NCBI GenBank assembly: GCA_965218435.1
Contig: CBDCKW010000005.1
Coordinates: 512,001-576,000, forward strand
Direction of reading: 5' to 3'
DNA length: 64,000 bases
Source: Truepera sp.
GTDB taxonomy: Bacteria; Deinococcota; Deinococci; Deinococcales; Trueperaceae
Shown: one piece after another, positions 1 through 10,605 of the stretch
Numbering within the stretch: the first letter of the stretch is position 1
How the letters are laid out: each line of letters opens with the position of its first letter
Notes under the pieces: generated by a model
The model's database searches: none
What the model was told of the DNA's origin: nothing
What the model saw: the letters and a program-made list of their open reading frames with translations, nothing else
Translations under genes and position numbers: made by a program

Positions 1-1182
1 ACCGAAGGAAAGCGCTCATGCTCCTGACGAAACCGAACCGAAAGAGGAAAAGTAATCATAGGGTACCACCCCTAGGGAACAAAAAGACCAGCGAAGTTAT
101 GAGTTGCAACTTTACGGCAGACTTGGGCACGGATAGAACGAAACGAGTTACGTTGACCGAGTACGAGATACTCGGTACGGGTCAACGAAGAGAACACCGA
201 CTCAATCAGCTTTCTACCAGTGTTCATCAACGACGTCCAGACACTTGGACTGAGCGCATTAGTTTTGGGCTCTGAACAAGGTCATTCGAAACGTTCGTTA
301 GCCGCTGCTGCTTTAGAAGATAACGTGATTTGGACATCCCGCTATCTTCGCTTTTTTCTATCCCATAGCAGTCGAAGTTAGACAGAAAAACAAACTCATG
401 CGCCTGTCTAATAGCTATCTCTTGACTAGCAGTATGAGAATGGACGGCTAAGCTACCCTCTACCGGGCTTCATATGTAACCTAAACACGCAAGATTCGAG
501 AAGCAGTTTGGTCGTGATCTCATTAAACTTATCCCAGGAGGTAATCCGTGAGGGATAAAAGACGATGATGACTAGGGTAGCAAATAAGGAAGCTTACGCT
601 TATGCAAGTATTACTGAGATCAGTGAAGCGCTACGGCAGGGACACGTTTCACCTGTCGAACTTGTGGAGCTTTGTCTAGGAAGAATCGAACAGCTCAATC
701 CTAGCCTTAACGCCTTCATTACGGTTGTCGGCGATCAAGCACGGCAAGAAGCCGAAATCGCTGAGCGAGAGATTGTCGCCGGGAACTGGAAAGGGCCACT
801 GCACGGTGTGCCGGTAGCTTTCAAAGACTTCTTTGATACCGCAGGCATTAGAACAACGGCAGCCTTTGCTCCGTTTGAGGATCGCGTGCCAGCTAAGGAT
901 GCAGAGGTAGTTACGAAGTTAAAGGAAGCCGGTGCTATCTTGATCGGTAAAACGAACATGCACGAGCTGGGCATGGGTACGACTTCCTTAGATGGCCTTT
1001 TCGGTAGTGTCCATAACCCCTGGAATCACGACTATGTTGCAGGTGGCTCTTCAGGCGGTTCTGCCGCTGCTGTGGCCTCGGGTTTGTGCTACGCCACTGT
1101 GGATACGGACGCTATTGGCTCATGCCGACTCCCAGCGTCTTGTTGCGGCGTTACGGGCTTCAAGGCGACGCACGACCTAATA

Positions 1183-2056
1183 ACCATTGGTGCTAGTTCA
1201 TAGGGAGAACTCAGCAATGCTCATTCTGAAGGGTCAGTTTCAGGATGGAGCTTGTGAAAAAGACGTAGAAGTACGTTGAACATGGCGGTAACGAAGACCA
1301 AGCGCATCTCGATGTAAGCGGCTAAGCGGTGCCAGATACGTTTGAGGTCACAAACAGTTGTCACCATAGAGAGTGCTGTTTCCACCACCATGCGTTCATT
1401 CCAGGTCCCCTTGGCACAGAGTTTGAGATTTTCAGGTACGCCCTTGGCAGCTCTGAAACCCAAGTCCGAGAGCACGATGGTCTGCCCGTCGAAGCACTCA
1501 ATCAGTGGGTGAAACGTCTGGTCGTGCTCGTTCATCCCTGCCCAGTCCCAGCCGACCACCTGACCCAGGTCATTCAAGAACCAACAGAACTTGATGCCTA
1601 CGCTCCACCTCCCCTTGTCTCTGCCTTTCTTGCCTACTTGCTGCTCGCTCCATCCTTGGCGGATGGGGAAGAGCAGTTCGATGGGATAAGAGTCGACTAC
1701 CGTGAAAAAGCTCGGTTTGGCAAGCAATGCCTCACACGAATCCTGATGTGCCCGGAGCAAACGCTGCAAACGTGAACGCTCAGGAAGTCCAGCAAACAGA
1801 TCATCATAGTCGCGCTTGAGCCAACGGTAGAAGGCCCGAAACCCTCTGCCTTTGAGGGCGAACAAGATGCCGATAGTCACAAGTTCGCTCGGATACAGTT
1901 TAGCTTGGGGGTGCTTGGCAAGTTTAGGCATAGTGTCATCGACTTCCATAAAGATACGGATGATAATGTCCTCGGTGGTCATAGGTGCTCCTCCTGTGTT
2001 TGTCGCTATTCACAGTTTCAGAGTTCTCTATGACCGCTTCAACTAGCACCATTGGT
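1183..2056 (-). mobile_element. IS element, probably IS982 family, 874 bp
   Basis: 16-bp TIR ACCATTGGTGCTAGTT / ACCAATGGTGCTAGTT (1 mismatch); TSD TAATA at 1178-1182 and 2057-2061. Confidence 0.88.
1221..1982 (-). CDS. DDE transposase (IS982-like)
   Basis: VVDSYPI, SDLGF and ERMVVETALS segments; lies between TIRs. Confidence 0.8.
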   Translation of the reverse strand: MTTEDIIIRIFMEVDDTMPKLAKHPQAKLYPSELVTIGILFALKGRGFRAFYRWLKRDYDDLFAGLPERSRLQRLLRAHQDSCEALLAKPSFFTVVDSYPIELLFPIRQGWSEQQVGKKGRDKGRWSVGIKFCWFLNDLGQVVGWDWAGMNEHDQTFHPLIECFDGQTIVLSDLGFRAAKGVPENLKLCAKGTWNERMVVETALSMVTTVCDLKRIWHRLAAYIEMRLVFVTAMFNVLLRLFHKLHPETDPSE

Positions 2057-2743
2057 TAATAAGCAGCAAAGGGATTCTCGAAAGCGAAGAGGCCGAAGAA
2101 ACCGTTGTTCGGCTGTCTCACACGTCCTTTATGTGTCGCAGTGTCGAGGATGCTGCCATTCTACTAAATGTGCTTGCTGAGGCCAAAGCGACGCCGAACC
2201 AAGCGATCACCGATTACCGTTTAGCGCTTGATATGACCCAAAAGCCGAGTATTGGCCTCGTCCAAAATTTTAAAGCGACCGACGAAGTGCGGCAGGTATT
2301 TATGGAAGCTACCGAGGCGCTGCGCTCTTTGGGTTATTCGACTCGTGACGTTGAAGCACCTTTCGAGTCGGCGTCGTTTGACATTACGAATATGGATAGG
2401 GAGAGAGCGTCGATTTCCGAGGAATTACTTAAGGAGGTGGACGTTCTACTTCTACCTACCCTGACTGAGGCGGTACCAAGTATTGAGAAGGCGCGTGCTA
2501 AAGGGCCGCAAGCGGTCGCGCCTGACAACACCTTCTTCTGTAATTACTATGGCTTGCCAGTCGTAACAGTTCCCTGTGGTTTCAGTCAAAACGGGTTGCC
2601 GCTCGGCCTGCAAATCGTCGGCCCGGCGTGGGGTGAGGACATTGTCTTGGCAGTAGCAAACTGCTTTCAGCAAGCTACACAGTGGCATTTACAACATCCT
2701 GAGGTTTCTAGCCAAGTTGGAACCTGATTGTAGTTATCTGCTA

Positions 2744-3903
2744 CTCATGTCTTGCACTTATTCAAGGGTTTGAAAAAAGATGTGCTGGTCCGTAGTTTGA
2801 GGTGTGATGACTCAAACCAACCAGCACAGTCATAGTCTACTCAAAACGCTAGAAGCCTTGCTCTGGAATCGCCGTGAAGTAGGGGTGTTCAGGGCGCTCG
2901 TGGCTTTATTTCTCGATTGCAAGCTGCGCACCACCTTGCAGAATCTCAAAGGCATATCGGCCAGTACCGCCAGTCGCTTTTTCAGTTGTGAACACATACC
3001 CGACGGGGTGTTCTGGGCGGAGCTGAACAGCTGGCAGCTAGGGCAGTTCTACCGTTTGCCAAGACGCGGACGACGTGGGGACGTGGTATTGAAACTCGAC
3101 CTGACCTGCATTGAGAAGACCGGCAAGAAGATACCCTTTGTCCGGGTGTTCAACCGCCGCTACGGGATTCAACTGGTAGTGCTGCACGCCTGTTTAGGCG
3201 GACTCAGCTTCCCGCTCGGTTATCGTGTCTACCGAGGCAAAGGCAAAGCGACGGTGGCAGACTTGGCACTTGAGTTGTTGGCAGCGTTTCCAGCCTCGGG
3301 CTGGTTGTCTCGAACCGTAGTTCTGGCGGATGCTGGCTTCGGCAGCACCGAGTTTATTCAGGGCTGCCAGGCTCTGGGTTTCGAACGACTGCTGGTAGGT
3401 ATCCGCTGTAACCGCCAACTCGCTGACGGGCGTCAGCTTACCGAGCTAAGCGAGCGTGGTGAGCAGGTCATGCTCCACGACCTCCCTGTCTTACCACTCT
3501 GGCTCAGCTGGTGCGACGTCAAGCGTGAGGAGGGCAAAAAGCGCTTCTACGTCGCCGCCACCTTTGCTGCCGGGGGTGCCTACCTGGCACGCCGTTATCG
3601 GCAGCGCTGGCTCATCGAATCGTTCTTCAAATCCGTCAAGCACGACTTTGGTCTTAAAGAAGCGCGACTACGCACACAGGTAGGTATCCGGCTGTGGATT
3701 TTTCTGGCCTGTCTCGCGTACAGCTTCGCCAGCTTAGCCCGTCACTTGAGCAAGCAAAACATCACGCTGCTTGAGGCGGCAGAATTCATTCTCGATTCCT
3801 TCACTGATACGCGCCTTATCCACCTGATGATCGACTGTGAGCGCTTTTCTCAAACCAGTCCGCGACGGCTTAAACTGCTGGCTGTATAAGTGCAAGACAT
3901 GAG
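2744..3903 (+). mobile_element. IS element (IS701/IS4-like DDE), 1160 bp
   Basis: Perfect 18-bp TIR CTCATGTCTTGCACTTAT; TSD TGCTA at 2739-2743 and 3904-3908. Confidence 0.9.
2804..3889 (+). CDS. DDE transposase
   Basis: LDLTCIEKTG, LADAGFG and Y-x2-R-x3-E-x6-K (YRQRWLIESFFKSVK) motifs. Confidence 0.88.
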   Translation: MMTQTNQHSHSLLKTLEALLWNRREVGVFRALVALFLDCKLRTTLQNLKGISASTASRFFSCEHIPDGVFWAELNSWQLGQFYRLPRRGRRGDVVLKLDLTCIEKTGKKIPFVRVFNRRYGIQLVVLHACLGGLSFPLGYRVYRGKGKATVADLALELLAAFPASGWLSRTVVLADAGFGSTEFIQGCQALGFERLLVGIRCNRQLADGRQLTELSERGEQVMLHDLPVLPLWLSWCDVKREEGKKRFYVAATFAAGGAYLARRYRQRWLIESFFKSVKHDFGLKEARLRTQVGIRLWIFLACLAYSFASLARHLSKQNITLLEAAEFILDSFTDTRLIHLMIDCERFSQTSPRRLKLLAV

Positions 3904-4947
3904 TGCTAGCTTGTTTCTCCCGCCCTAAGAGTTTCTTTTTCCGATCAATCCCCCAGCGATAGCCGCTCAGTTCGCCGTCACGCCGCACGACCCGGTGACA
4001 GGGAATTGCCACAGCAACCGGGTTTAAGGCGCACGCCTGAGCCACGGCGCGAACGGCAGCAGGTCGCCCCACCAACTCCGCGACCTCGGTATAGCTCCGG
4101 GTTTCACCGCTGGGGATGGTCTGCAAGGCTCGCCACACCTGCTGCTGAAACGCCGTCCCCTGAATCTCTAGCGGTAAGTCCAGAGTCTTGTGCGGGGACT
4201 TGATCAGCTCGAGCACCTGCACTAGCCAGTCATTTGTAACGTCCGGCTCTAGATCGGCCCGTGGAAAGCGGTCCGTAAGCATCTGCACTAGCCGAGCGGG
4301 GGATTTGCCAAACTCGATGGCGCATACCCCGCGCTCAGTCGCGCCGACGATCAGCCAGCCCAGCCCCGATTCTGCAAGGGCGTAACGGATAGAGAGACCT
4401 GCCGCGCCCTTCCGGTACTGGGTCACACTCATTCCCATGCGCTCGGTCGCACCCTCATAGAAGCGGCTGGAGGCGTTGAAACCCGCGTCATAGATGGCTG
4501 TTGTGACCGCCGCACCACTCGCTAGCTGCTTTTTCAGGCGGCGGTGGCGTAGCCTTTCGGGGTTATACCGACACTAGCCTTGAACAGCCGGTGAAAGTGA
4601 GAGGGGCTCAAACCGACTGCGGCGGCCAGCTTGTCAAGCGCCAGCGCTCCCTCCGCCTCTTCAATGAGCTGGCAGGCACGGACAATCAGCTCAGAGCGGG
4701 CAGCACGCGGCGGGGCCTTGTTCGGGGTACAGCGCTTGCAGGCCCGGAAGCCAGCAGCCCCGGCGGCCTTCTTACAAGCCAAGAACAGCACGTTTTCACG
4801 TTTGGGCAGTCGAGCGGAGCAGGTCGGATGGCAGTAGATGCCGGTCGTCTCAACACCGTACAAAAACACCCCTTCAGCGTGAGCGTCGCGCTGCTGCAAC
4901 GCGGCCCAGCGATGGCTATCAGTCCCAAAATCTTGTAGCGCTGCCAT
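3904..4947 (-). pseudogene. ada: Bifunctional Ada regulator / O6-methylguanine-DNA methyltransferase, frameshifted near 4535-4545, 3' end cut by the IS
   Basis: N-terminal Zn site (GIYCHPTC, FRACKRC), AraC HTH, PCHRV active site. The bridging frame RLKKQLASGAAVTTAIYDAGFNASSRFYE is out of frame with the 5' part. Confidence 0.88.
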
Positions 4948-5039
4948 ATATTGAACGTCCTTTCTCCTAGAGCTTTGGGCGGATTAAATGTACCGTATAC
5001 CTGAAAGCACTTACGGCTTCCCCTCGAAAGCGACGCACC

Positions 5040-5780
5040 CTAAACTGTGTAACCGCCGTCGATGGTGAGCGTCGCTCCGGTCACAAAAGAACTTTCTGGG
5101 CTGGCGAGGTAAGAGACTAGCCCGGCCACTTCGTCTGGAGTTCCGAAACGAGAGGTAGCAAGCAGGCCGAGCTGCGGCTCGGCAAAGGGTCCATCTGCGG
5201 GATTCATATCGGTGTCGGTAGGACCAGGCTGTACCAGATTGATGGTGATGCCACGCGGTCCAAGGTCACGCGCTAACCCTTTAGTCAAACCACCGAGCGC
5301 CGCCTTACTCATGGCGTAGAGGCTCATGTTCGGTCCCGGCACACGCTCTGCGTTGCAACTCCCGATGATGATGATACGTCCGCCTTCTGGCATATGCTGC
5401 ACAGCCATTTGAACACCAATGAAAACGGGACGGACATTGGTAGCTACAAGTTGATCGAAGTCGTCTAGCGTGAGCTCGTCTAGGGGTTTGAGAATTCCTA
5501 CACCGGCGCTGTTGACCACAATGTCGATGTGTCCAAAATCCGCGACGACCTGTTCGATTGTCTCCTGTACTGCTTGCGGATTGGCACTATCGGTTCGGTA
5601 CGCTCTGGCTTCTTGTCCTGCAGCTTTGATCTCGGCGACGACCTTATTGGCTTCGGCTGAACTGTTGAGGTAGGTCAGCGCGACGCTCGCCCCATCTTTG
5701 GCGAAACGCTTAGCGATAGCCGCACCGATACCCCGCGAGCCACCCATCACGAGCGCTACTTTAGATTCAATTTGTCCCAT
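5040..5780 (-). CDS. SDR family oxidoreductase
   Basis: GGSRGIG, YAMSK, PGPTDT and DGG motifs. Confidence 0.9.
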   Translation of the reverse strand: MGQIESKVALVMGGSRGIGAAIAKRFAKDGASVALTYLNSSAEANKVVAEIKAAGQEARAYRTDSANPQAVQETIEQVVADFGHIDIVVNSAGVGILKPLDELTLDDFDQLVATNVRPVFIGVQMAVQHMPEGGRIIIIGSCNAERVPGPNMSLYAMSKAALGGLTKGLARDLGPRGITINLVQPGPTDTDMNPADGPFAEPQLGLLATSRFGTPDEVAGLVSYLASPESSFVTGATLTIDGGYTV

Positions 5781-6218
5781 AAAAACCCTCTCTCGTCTAT
5801 CAAGCAATCGGTTCAAATATCCTTCTAGATGATTGCCCGCCCTAAGACGAGACTTATCCTATCGGCTGACGCTGAACGTTACTATCCGTTTTTTGCGGTC
5901 AAATTCGGAGGAGCTGAAACAGTCTAGCGAAGATACTGTTGCCGAATCAGGCCCAGCACTTTTTTGAGTCCATAAGTTATGGTTTCGAGTACTGTTTTTA
6001 TCTCGCTGGTCAGCTTTCCCGCTCAACCTTCAGCTTGTGAAACCTTATCATAGGGATTCGGCAACGGTATCTAGCTAAGCGTGTTTCAGCCCAAACGAGT
6101 TATCGAGTTAGCTGCTCTTTATGCGCGCCGTGTCGTCGGGGTTCGTGACCAAAGCGGGCCGTTACCGTCGCTTTAGGTCTTGACTTCAGCGGCGACTCCT
6201 ATCCAGCGCGTCGCGCGA

Positions 6219-6752
6219 TTAAGCAGGAACGTAGGTCAGCCTGATTACATCCTCACCAATCCGATCATGCGCCACAAGGTGGAGTGGCGGGCGGGGTCCG
6301 GCGAAATATGGTTTGCCGTGACCCAGCACGACGGGGTGCAGGTAGATTCGATACTCATCAATCAAGCCAAGTTCAGTGAGGTGTTGCGCCAAGTTTGGGC
6401 CAGCAACTTCGATCTCCCCGTCGCGCCCTTTCTTCAGCTCACGGATCGCGCCCTCGAGATCAGCCTTAACGAGCCTGGCGTTGGGGCCGACCGACGTGAG
6501 CGAGCGCGAGACGACCCATTTCGGCTGGTTCCGCCACGCCGCCGCGAAGGCGTGTTCCTCTGTATCCCATTCAGGCTGATCGTCGTCCCAGTAACGCATG
6601 ACCTCATACATTTGGCGACCGTAGACACTGCCCGCCTGCCCCTCAGCCTCTTTAATAAAGTGGCGGAAGAGCGTGGGGCTTGGCGCACCCATACGGTCGA
6701 AGTCTACGTAGCCGTCCAGGGACTGGTTCATGCCGAACACGAGCTTAGCCAT
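6219..6752 (-). CDS. Dihydrofolate reductase / RibD C-terminal family protein
   Basis: SLDGY, YGRQMYE and GLIDEYRIYLHPVVLGHGKP. Confidence 0.85.
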   Translation of the reverse strand: MAKLVFGMNQSLDGYVDFDRMGAPSPTLFRHFIKEAEGQAGSVYGRQMYEVMRYWDDDQPEWDTEEHAFAAAWRNQPKWVVSRSLTSVGPNARLVKADLEGAIRELKKGRDGEIEVAGPNLAQHLTELGLIDEYRIYLHPVVLGHGKPYFAGPRPPLHLVAHDRIGEDVIRLTYVPA

Positions 6753-7116
6753 ACCACTTCCTTTCCTTAGCCTGCACCCAATAAGGTTTCCACTCGAGCA
6801 GCGCTTTAAGGCGTAAACCGTTTCCACTGGCCTTCGGAGACGACTTCGACGACACGTGTGGAAATCTTATTCAGATCACAAGCGCGGCGCAGTAACGGGC
6901 GCGTCTAGAGAGAACATGGAGGTAACGAAGCCGTAGATAGGTTGAATGAGAATCTAAATATTAAGAAAGCATTAAGGCCATGCCCCGGCGTTTGCTCACC
7001 GCCCTCATCAATGATCGAGGTGAAGCATAAGCAACGCTTTACCCAAGGAGGCTCGAGCATGGATATGGACGCCATTATCGACTACATTAGCCACACTTTC
7101 AAGAGCACGCAAATTG

Positions 7117-7285
7117 AGGTAGTGCTAAAGAGGTAATGCTTGGTTGTAGTGGTGGATAAAGAGCCAGATTGCAGCGATATGGTTGTCTAACCTTTTGGAG
7201 AACGACAGCGTTTTGCGAACGAGTCGGCTTACTCTTTGTCTTAGGGTGCAATTGAAACGCTCGATGTGCTGGGTGCCCTTGCCGC
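7117..7285 (-). mobile_element. IS1-family remnant (InsB C-terminus plus probable end)
   Basis: [34 protein letters not shown] end at 7117 truncates a short ORF starting MDMDAIIDYI. Confidence 0.75.
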
Positions 7286-7401
7286 GGCGCTGGCAGGGTT
7301 GGGCGTCCGGGGAGAGGAACACAAACGACCTCCTTTAACGCACGAGCGAGGGGGGCGCTCGAGGAAAAGCTCGTATATCTTATTCTTAAGCCACATCGCC
7401 C

Positions 7402-7974
7402 TTACTGTCCAATGATCAGACCGAGGGTAAATAGAAAGAGCAGACCGAGCAGCGCACCGCTCACGCTCCAGAACCAGGCAACTTGCCTGCGGCGGCGGTG
7501 GTGGTGGCCTTCAATAGCGAACAGGACGCCAGGAATCCCGAAGACGAGGGCGGCGGCGGCAAAGTTGAACCAGCCCGTCGCGGACATATTGCCAATCCCT
7601 CGCCCTGTCGCAGGCACCATACCGACGAGGATAAGGAGCTTAACGACGAACTCCGTGCCGGGATACAGAATCTGCGCGCTGGCACTCCCCCAAAGACCTG
7701 CGCTGACGAATGCTGCTGGCAACCTGTCGCCCCAGCCAGTCACGCCTGCCCAAGCGATAAGGATCGTCACCACGCGCAGTAGCGTTGCGGCAAGGATGAT
7801 CCACGCGACCTCATCTACGACCTCGGCGTGGAGGACATGCGGCCACAGCCAGGCGGCCCCAACGACCACGACAAAGAGACCAACCCACACCGTGATGGCG
7901 AGAGCGGGCCAGCGGGTAACCTGACGCGCGTTCGGTTGTCTACTTCCGTGTATCAACAACGTCGTTTGTTCCAT
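7402..7974 (-). CDS. Hypothetical integral membrane protein
   Basis: Several hydrophobic segments; AGAGG RBS. Confidence 0.65.
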   Translation of the reverse strand: MEQTTLLIHGSRQPNARQVTRWPALAITVWVGLFVVVVGAAWLWPHVLHAEVVDEVAWIILAATLLRVVTILIAWAGVTGWGDRLPAAFVSAGLWGSASAQILYPGTEFVVKLLILVGMVPATGRGIGNMSATGWFNFAAAALVFGIPGVLFAIEGHHHRRRRQVAWFWSVSGALLGLLFLFTLGLIIGQ

Positions 7975-8395
7975 GTGGACCTCTTTTACTCCAAAGTACG
8001 TCGTGGTTCACGCTCACAACAGTATTCCTTGTAGAAGCGATCCAGGCAGCGGGACTACGAAGCGTTACGTAGAAGGTGCCAGGTGCGATGGCAAGCTGTA
8101 AATTCAGCAGATCAGAGGGCAGGTTGCCAAAGACACAGTCATAAAGGAGCCGAAACCATCCGACGGCGCGCTCGGGTTGCAAGCAGGACACGCTGTATAC
8201 CCTACCAGGCCGCCTCGAGTAGCAGGCCGTTGTTGTCGAAAAAGAGGAAGTTCTAAACGGGGCCGATGGTGTTAATAGAGGTAACCTCCACCCCGTTGGC
8301 CAGCAGGCGCGCACGCAGATAAGGCTTCCCAGCCACTTCTCGACCCCCATTAGGGCGTAAACCGTTTCCAATAACCTTCGGAGTATTGCCGGCGA

Positions 8396-9817
8396 TCAGC
8401 CGCGCTGGTGCTGCGGAAGCAGCGAACTGACCACCGCTATAGCCAGACCGAGCCCGGCCGCCATGAGGAAAACCAGATCGTAGCCAGCGGCGAGGGCGGC
8501 GGCCGGGGAACTCCCGACGGCCTCCGTCGCGGCGCTGGCGGCCGTCGCGAGCACCGCCAGACCTACCGACCCACCTAGCTGACTGGCGGTGTTGGCAAGG
8601 CCACCAATGATCCCCGCGTCGCCCTCAGGGGCGTCGGCGGTCGCCGCGACCGTGAGGGTGGGGAAGGTCAGCCCGATGCCAACCGCGATGAGCAGCGTAG
8701 GCCCAAGCACGCTGGTGACGTAGCTGCTGTCGGCCTGTGCCTGTGCGAGCCAGCCGAAACCGGCCAGGAAACCGCCGCAGCCGGCCAGTACCAGAGGGCG
8801 CACACCGGTTCGCGCCAGCAGAGCGGTGGCCAATCGTGCGATCACCATGAACGTCACCGCCGCGGGCGTCTGCCCAAGCCCGGCTTCGAGCGCACTATAG
8901 CCGAGTACGTTCTGCAGGAATAGCGACGTGAAATACCACATCGCGATGGCAATCCCTCCTAACAGCAGCAGCATGACGTTGCCGACGGCCACCCCCCGGA
9001 TTCTGAACAGCCGCAGGGGCATCATCGGCTGGGTGGCGAAACGCGCCTCTACCACGGCGAAGACGACGAGCAGGAGTAGGCCCGCCACGACTGGCACGAC
9101 GACCTGCACGGATGCCCAGCCGTGATCGGCGCTCTGCATGACGCCGTAGATCAGCGCGGCCAGACCCGCCGTCCCCGTGACCGCGCCAGTGACGTCGAGC
9201 GATTCCCGCCGGTCGGTTTGCGTACCGGCAAGCGACATCATGGCCACTGCGATCAGCAACGCGCCGATCGGCACGTTGATTAGGAAGACCCACCGCCACG
9301 ACAGACCAGTTGTGAGGGCACCGCCCGCGACCGCGCCAGCCATCCCGCCTACACCGCCTGCGGCAGACCACAAGCCGAACGCCCGTGCACGCTCGTGCTC
9401 TCCGGTGAAGTAGGTATTGATCACGGCCAGCGTCGCTGGGGCTGCCATGGCGGCTCCCATGCCCTGCGCGATACGGGCTGCCACCAGGACTCCGGGAGCG
9501 GTCGCCAAGCCACCGACTAGGCTCGAGGCGGAGAACAAGAATAGCCCAACAGCCAGCATCCGGCGCTGGCCGAACAGGTCGGCGGCGCGGCCACCCAGCA
9601 GCATGAAGCCGGCGAAGGTAAGCAGGTAGCCGTTTACCACCCAGGCCAGGCCCGTGGGCGTAAAGCCGAGGTCCCGCTGGACCGAGGGCAGGGCAACGTT
9701 GACGATGGCCGCGTCCAGGATCACCATGAACTGACAGGCACACGTCAGTAACAGGACCAACCAGTCGGGACCGGCGTGCGGCCTGGCCCGCCGAGCTACA
9801 GTGCTGGTACTTGGCAT
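8396..9817 (-). CDS. MFS transporter, DHA2 (EmrB/QacA-like)
   Basis: LDAAIVNVALP, GGRAADLFGQRR and WRWVFLINVPIG. Confidence 0.92.
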   Translation of the reverse strand: MPSTSTVARRARPHAGPDWLVLLLTCACQFMVILDAAIVNVALPSVQRDLGFTPTGLAWVVNGYLLTFAGFMLLGGRAADLFGQRRMLAVGLFLFSASSLVGGLATAPGVLVAARIAQGMGAAMAAPATLAVINTYFTGEHERARAFGLWSAAGGVGGMAGAVAGGALTTGLSWRWVFLINVPIGALLIAVAMMSLAGTQTDRRESLDVTGAVTGTAGLAALIYGVMQSADHGWASVQVVVPVVAGLLLLVVFAVVEARFATQPMMPLRLFRIRGVAVGNVMLLLLGGIAIAMWYFTSLFLQNVLGYSALEAGLGQTPAAVTFMVIARLATALLARTGVRPLVLAGCGGFLAGFGWLAQAQADSSYVTSVLGPTLLIAVGIGLTFPTLTVAATADAPEGDAGIIGGLANTASQLGGSVGLAVLATAASAATEAVGSSPAAALAAGYDLVFLMAAGLGLAIAVVSSLLPQHQRG

Positions 9818-9843
9818 GACTTCCTCCTTTGCTAACCTGCCGT

Positions 9844-10527
9844 TCACGCGGTCTGAGAGGTTTTTGCGGCCCCGGTTGCGCGGGCGTTCCCGTCGCCCGC
9901 GGCGGCATCAGTGACGCGGCTGCCCCCCAGCAGCCGGATCGTGATCTGGGCCAGCCGCCGTCCCTGGTACCTAGCGGCTTCCAGCGCTGCAGCGTCTGGG
10001 CCGTCTCCGGTCGGGCCGGTCACAAACGATGTACCGTAGGGGTTGCCACCGGCGGCGTACACGACCGGATCGGTGTATCCGGGCGGAACGATCAGCGCCC
10101 CCCAGTGGTAGAAGACGTTTCCGAGCGAGAGGATCGTCGCCTCGCTGCCGCCGTGCCGGTTGAACGCCGAGGTAAATGCGGTCACCGGCTTGTCGGCCAG
10201 GGTGCCTTCTCGCCACAGCCCGCCGGCTTGGTCGATGAACTGCTTGAGCTGCGCGGACGGGGTGCCGAAGCGGGTCGGAGTGCCGAACGCGTAGGCGTCA
10301 GCCCAGGCCAGGTCATCCAGGGACGCTTCGGACACCGACCCGGCCACGGCGTCCACGTGCTGGCGCCAGAGCGGGTTCTGGTCAATCGCGCTGTCGGGTG
10401 CCAGCTCGGCGACCCGCCTGAGCCGTACCTCTGCTCCGGCCGAGGCAGCGCCCTCGGTTAGGGCCTCGGCGAGTGCGTACACAGTGCCCGTCGCGCTGTA
10501 GTAGATGATTGCAACCTTCACGGTCAT
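9844..10527 (-). CDS. wrbA: NAD(P)H:quinone oxidoreductase, WrbA family
   Basis: YYSATG, GTPTRFG, HGGSEAT and GGNPYG. Confidence 0.9.
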   Translation of the reverse strand: MTVKVAIIYYSATGTVYALAEALTEGAASAGAEVRLRRVAELAPDSAIDQNPLWRQHVDAVAGSVSEASLDDLAWADAYAFGTPTRFGTPSAQLKQFIDQAGGLWREGTLADKPVTAFTSAFNRHGGSEATILSLGNVFYHWGALIVPPGYTDPVVYAAGGNPYGTSFVTGPTGDGPDAAALEAARYQGRRLAQITIRLLGGSRVTDAAAGDGNARATGAAKTSQTA

Positions 10528-10552
10528 ATCCGGCTTCCTCCGTGTCGTGTAT

Positions 10553-10590
10553 AATTAGTTATGCGCATAATATTATGCGCATAACTAATT
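10553..10590. promoter_or_regulatory. Perfect 38-bp palindrome, probable MarR operator
   Basis: AATTAGTTATGCGCATAATATTATGCGCATAACTAATT between divergent wrbA and marR. Confidence 0.8.
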
Positions 10591-10605
10591 TGTCAAGGAG
10601 AGCCT

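Larger units (their letters stand above)
565..2727 (+). pseudogene. Amidase-signature (GatA-like) amidase interrupted by an IS
   Basis: Motifs GKTNMHELG, GGSSGGSAAAVA and GSCRLPAS in the 5' half; GLPLGLQIVG in the 3' half. Removing 1183-2061 restores the frame: ...HDLISSKGILE...FMCRSVEDAA. Confidence 0.9.

Noticed and set aside
3734..3903. C-terminal extension of the methyltransferase ORF as a novel domain
   Set aside because: It is read-through into the IS on the opposite strand.
8895..10461. Long alternative-frame ORFs (337 aa, 210 aa) and similar shadow ORFs elsewhere
   Set aside because: They overlap well-supported genes in GC-rich DNA and show no recognisable motifs.
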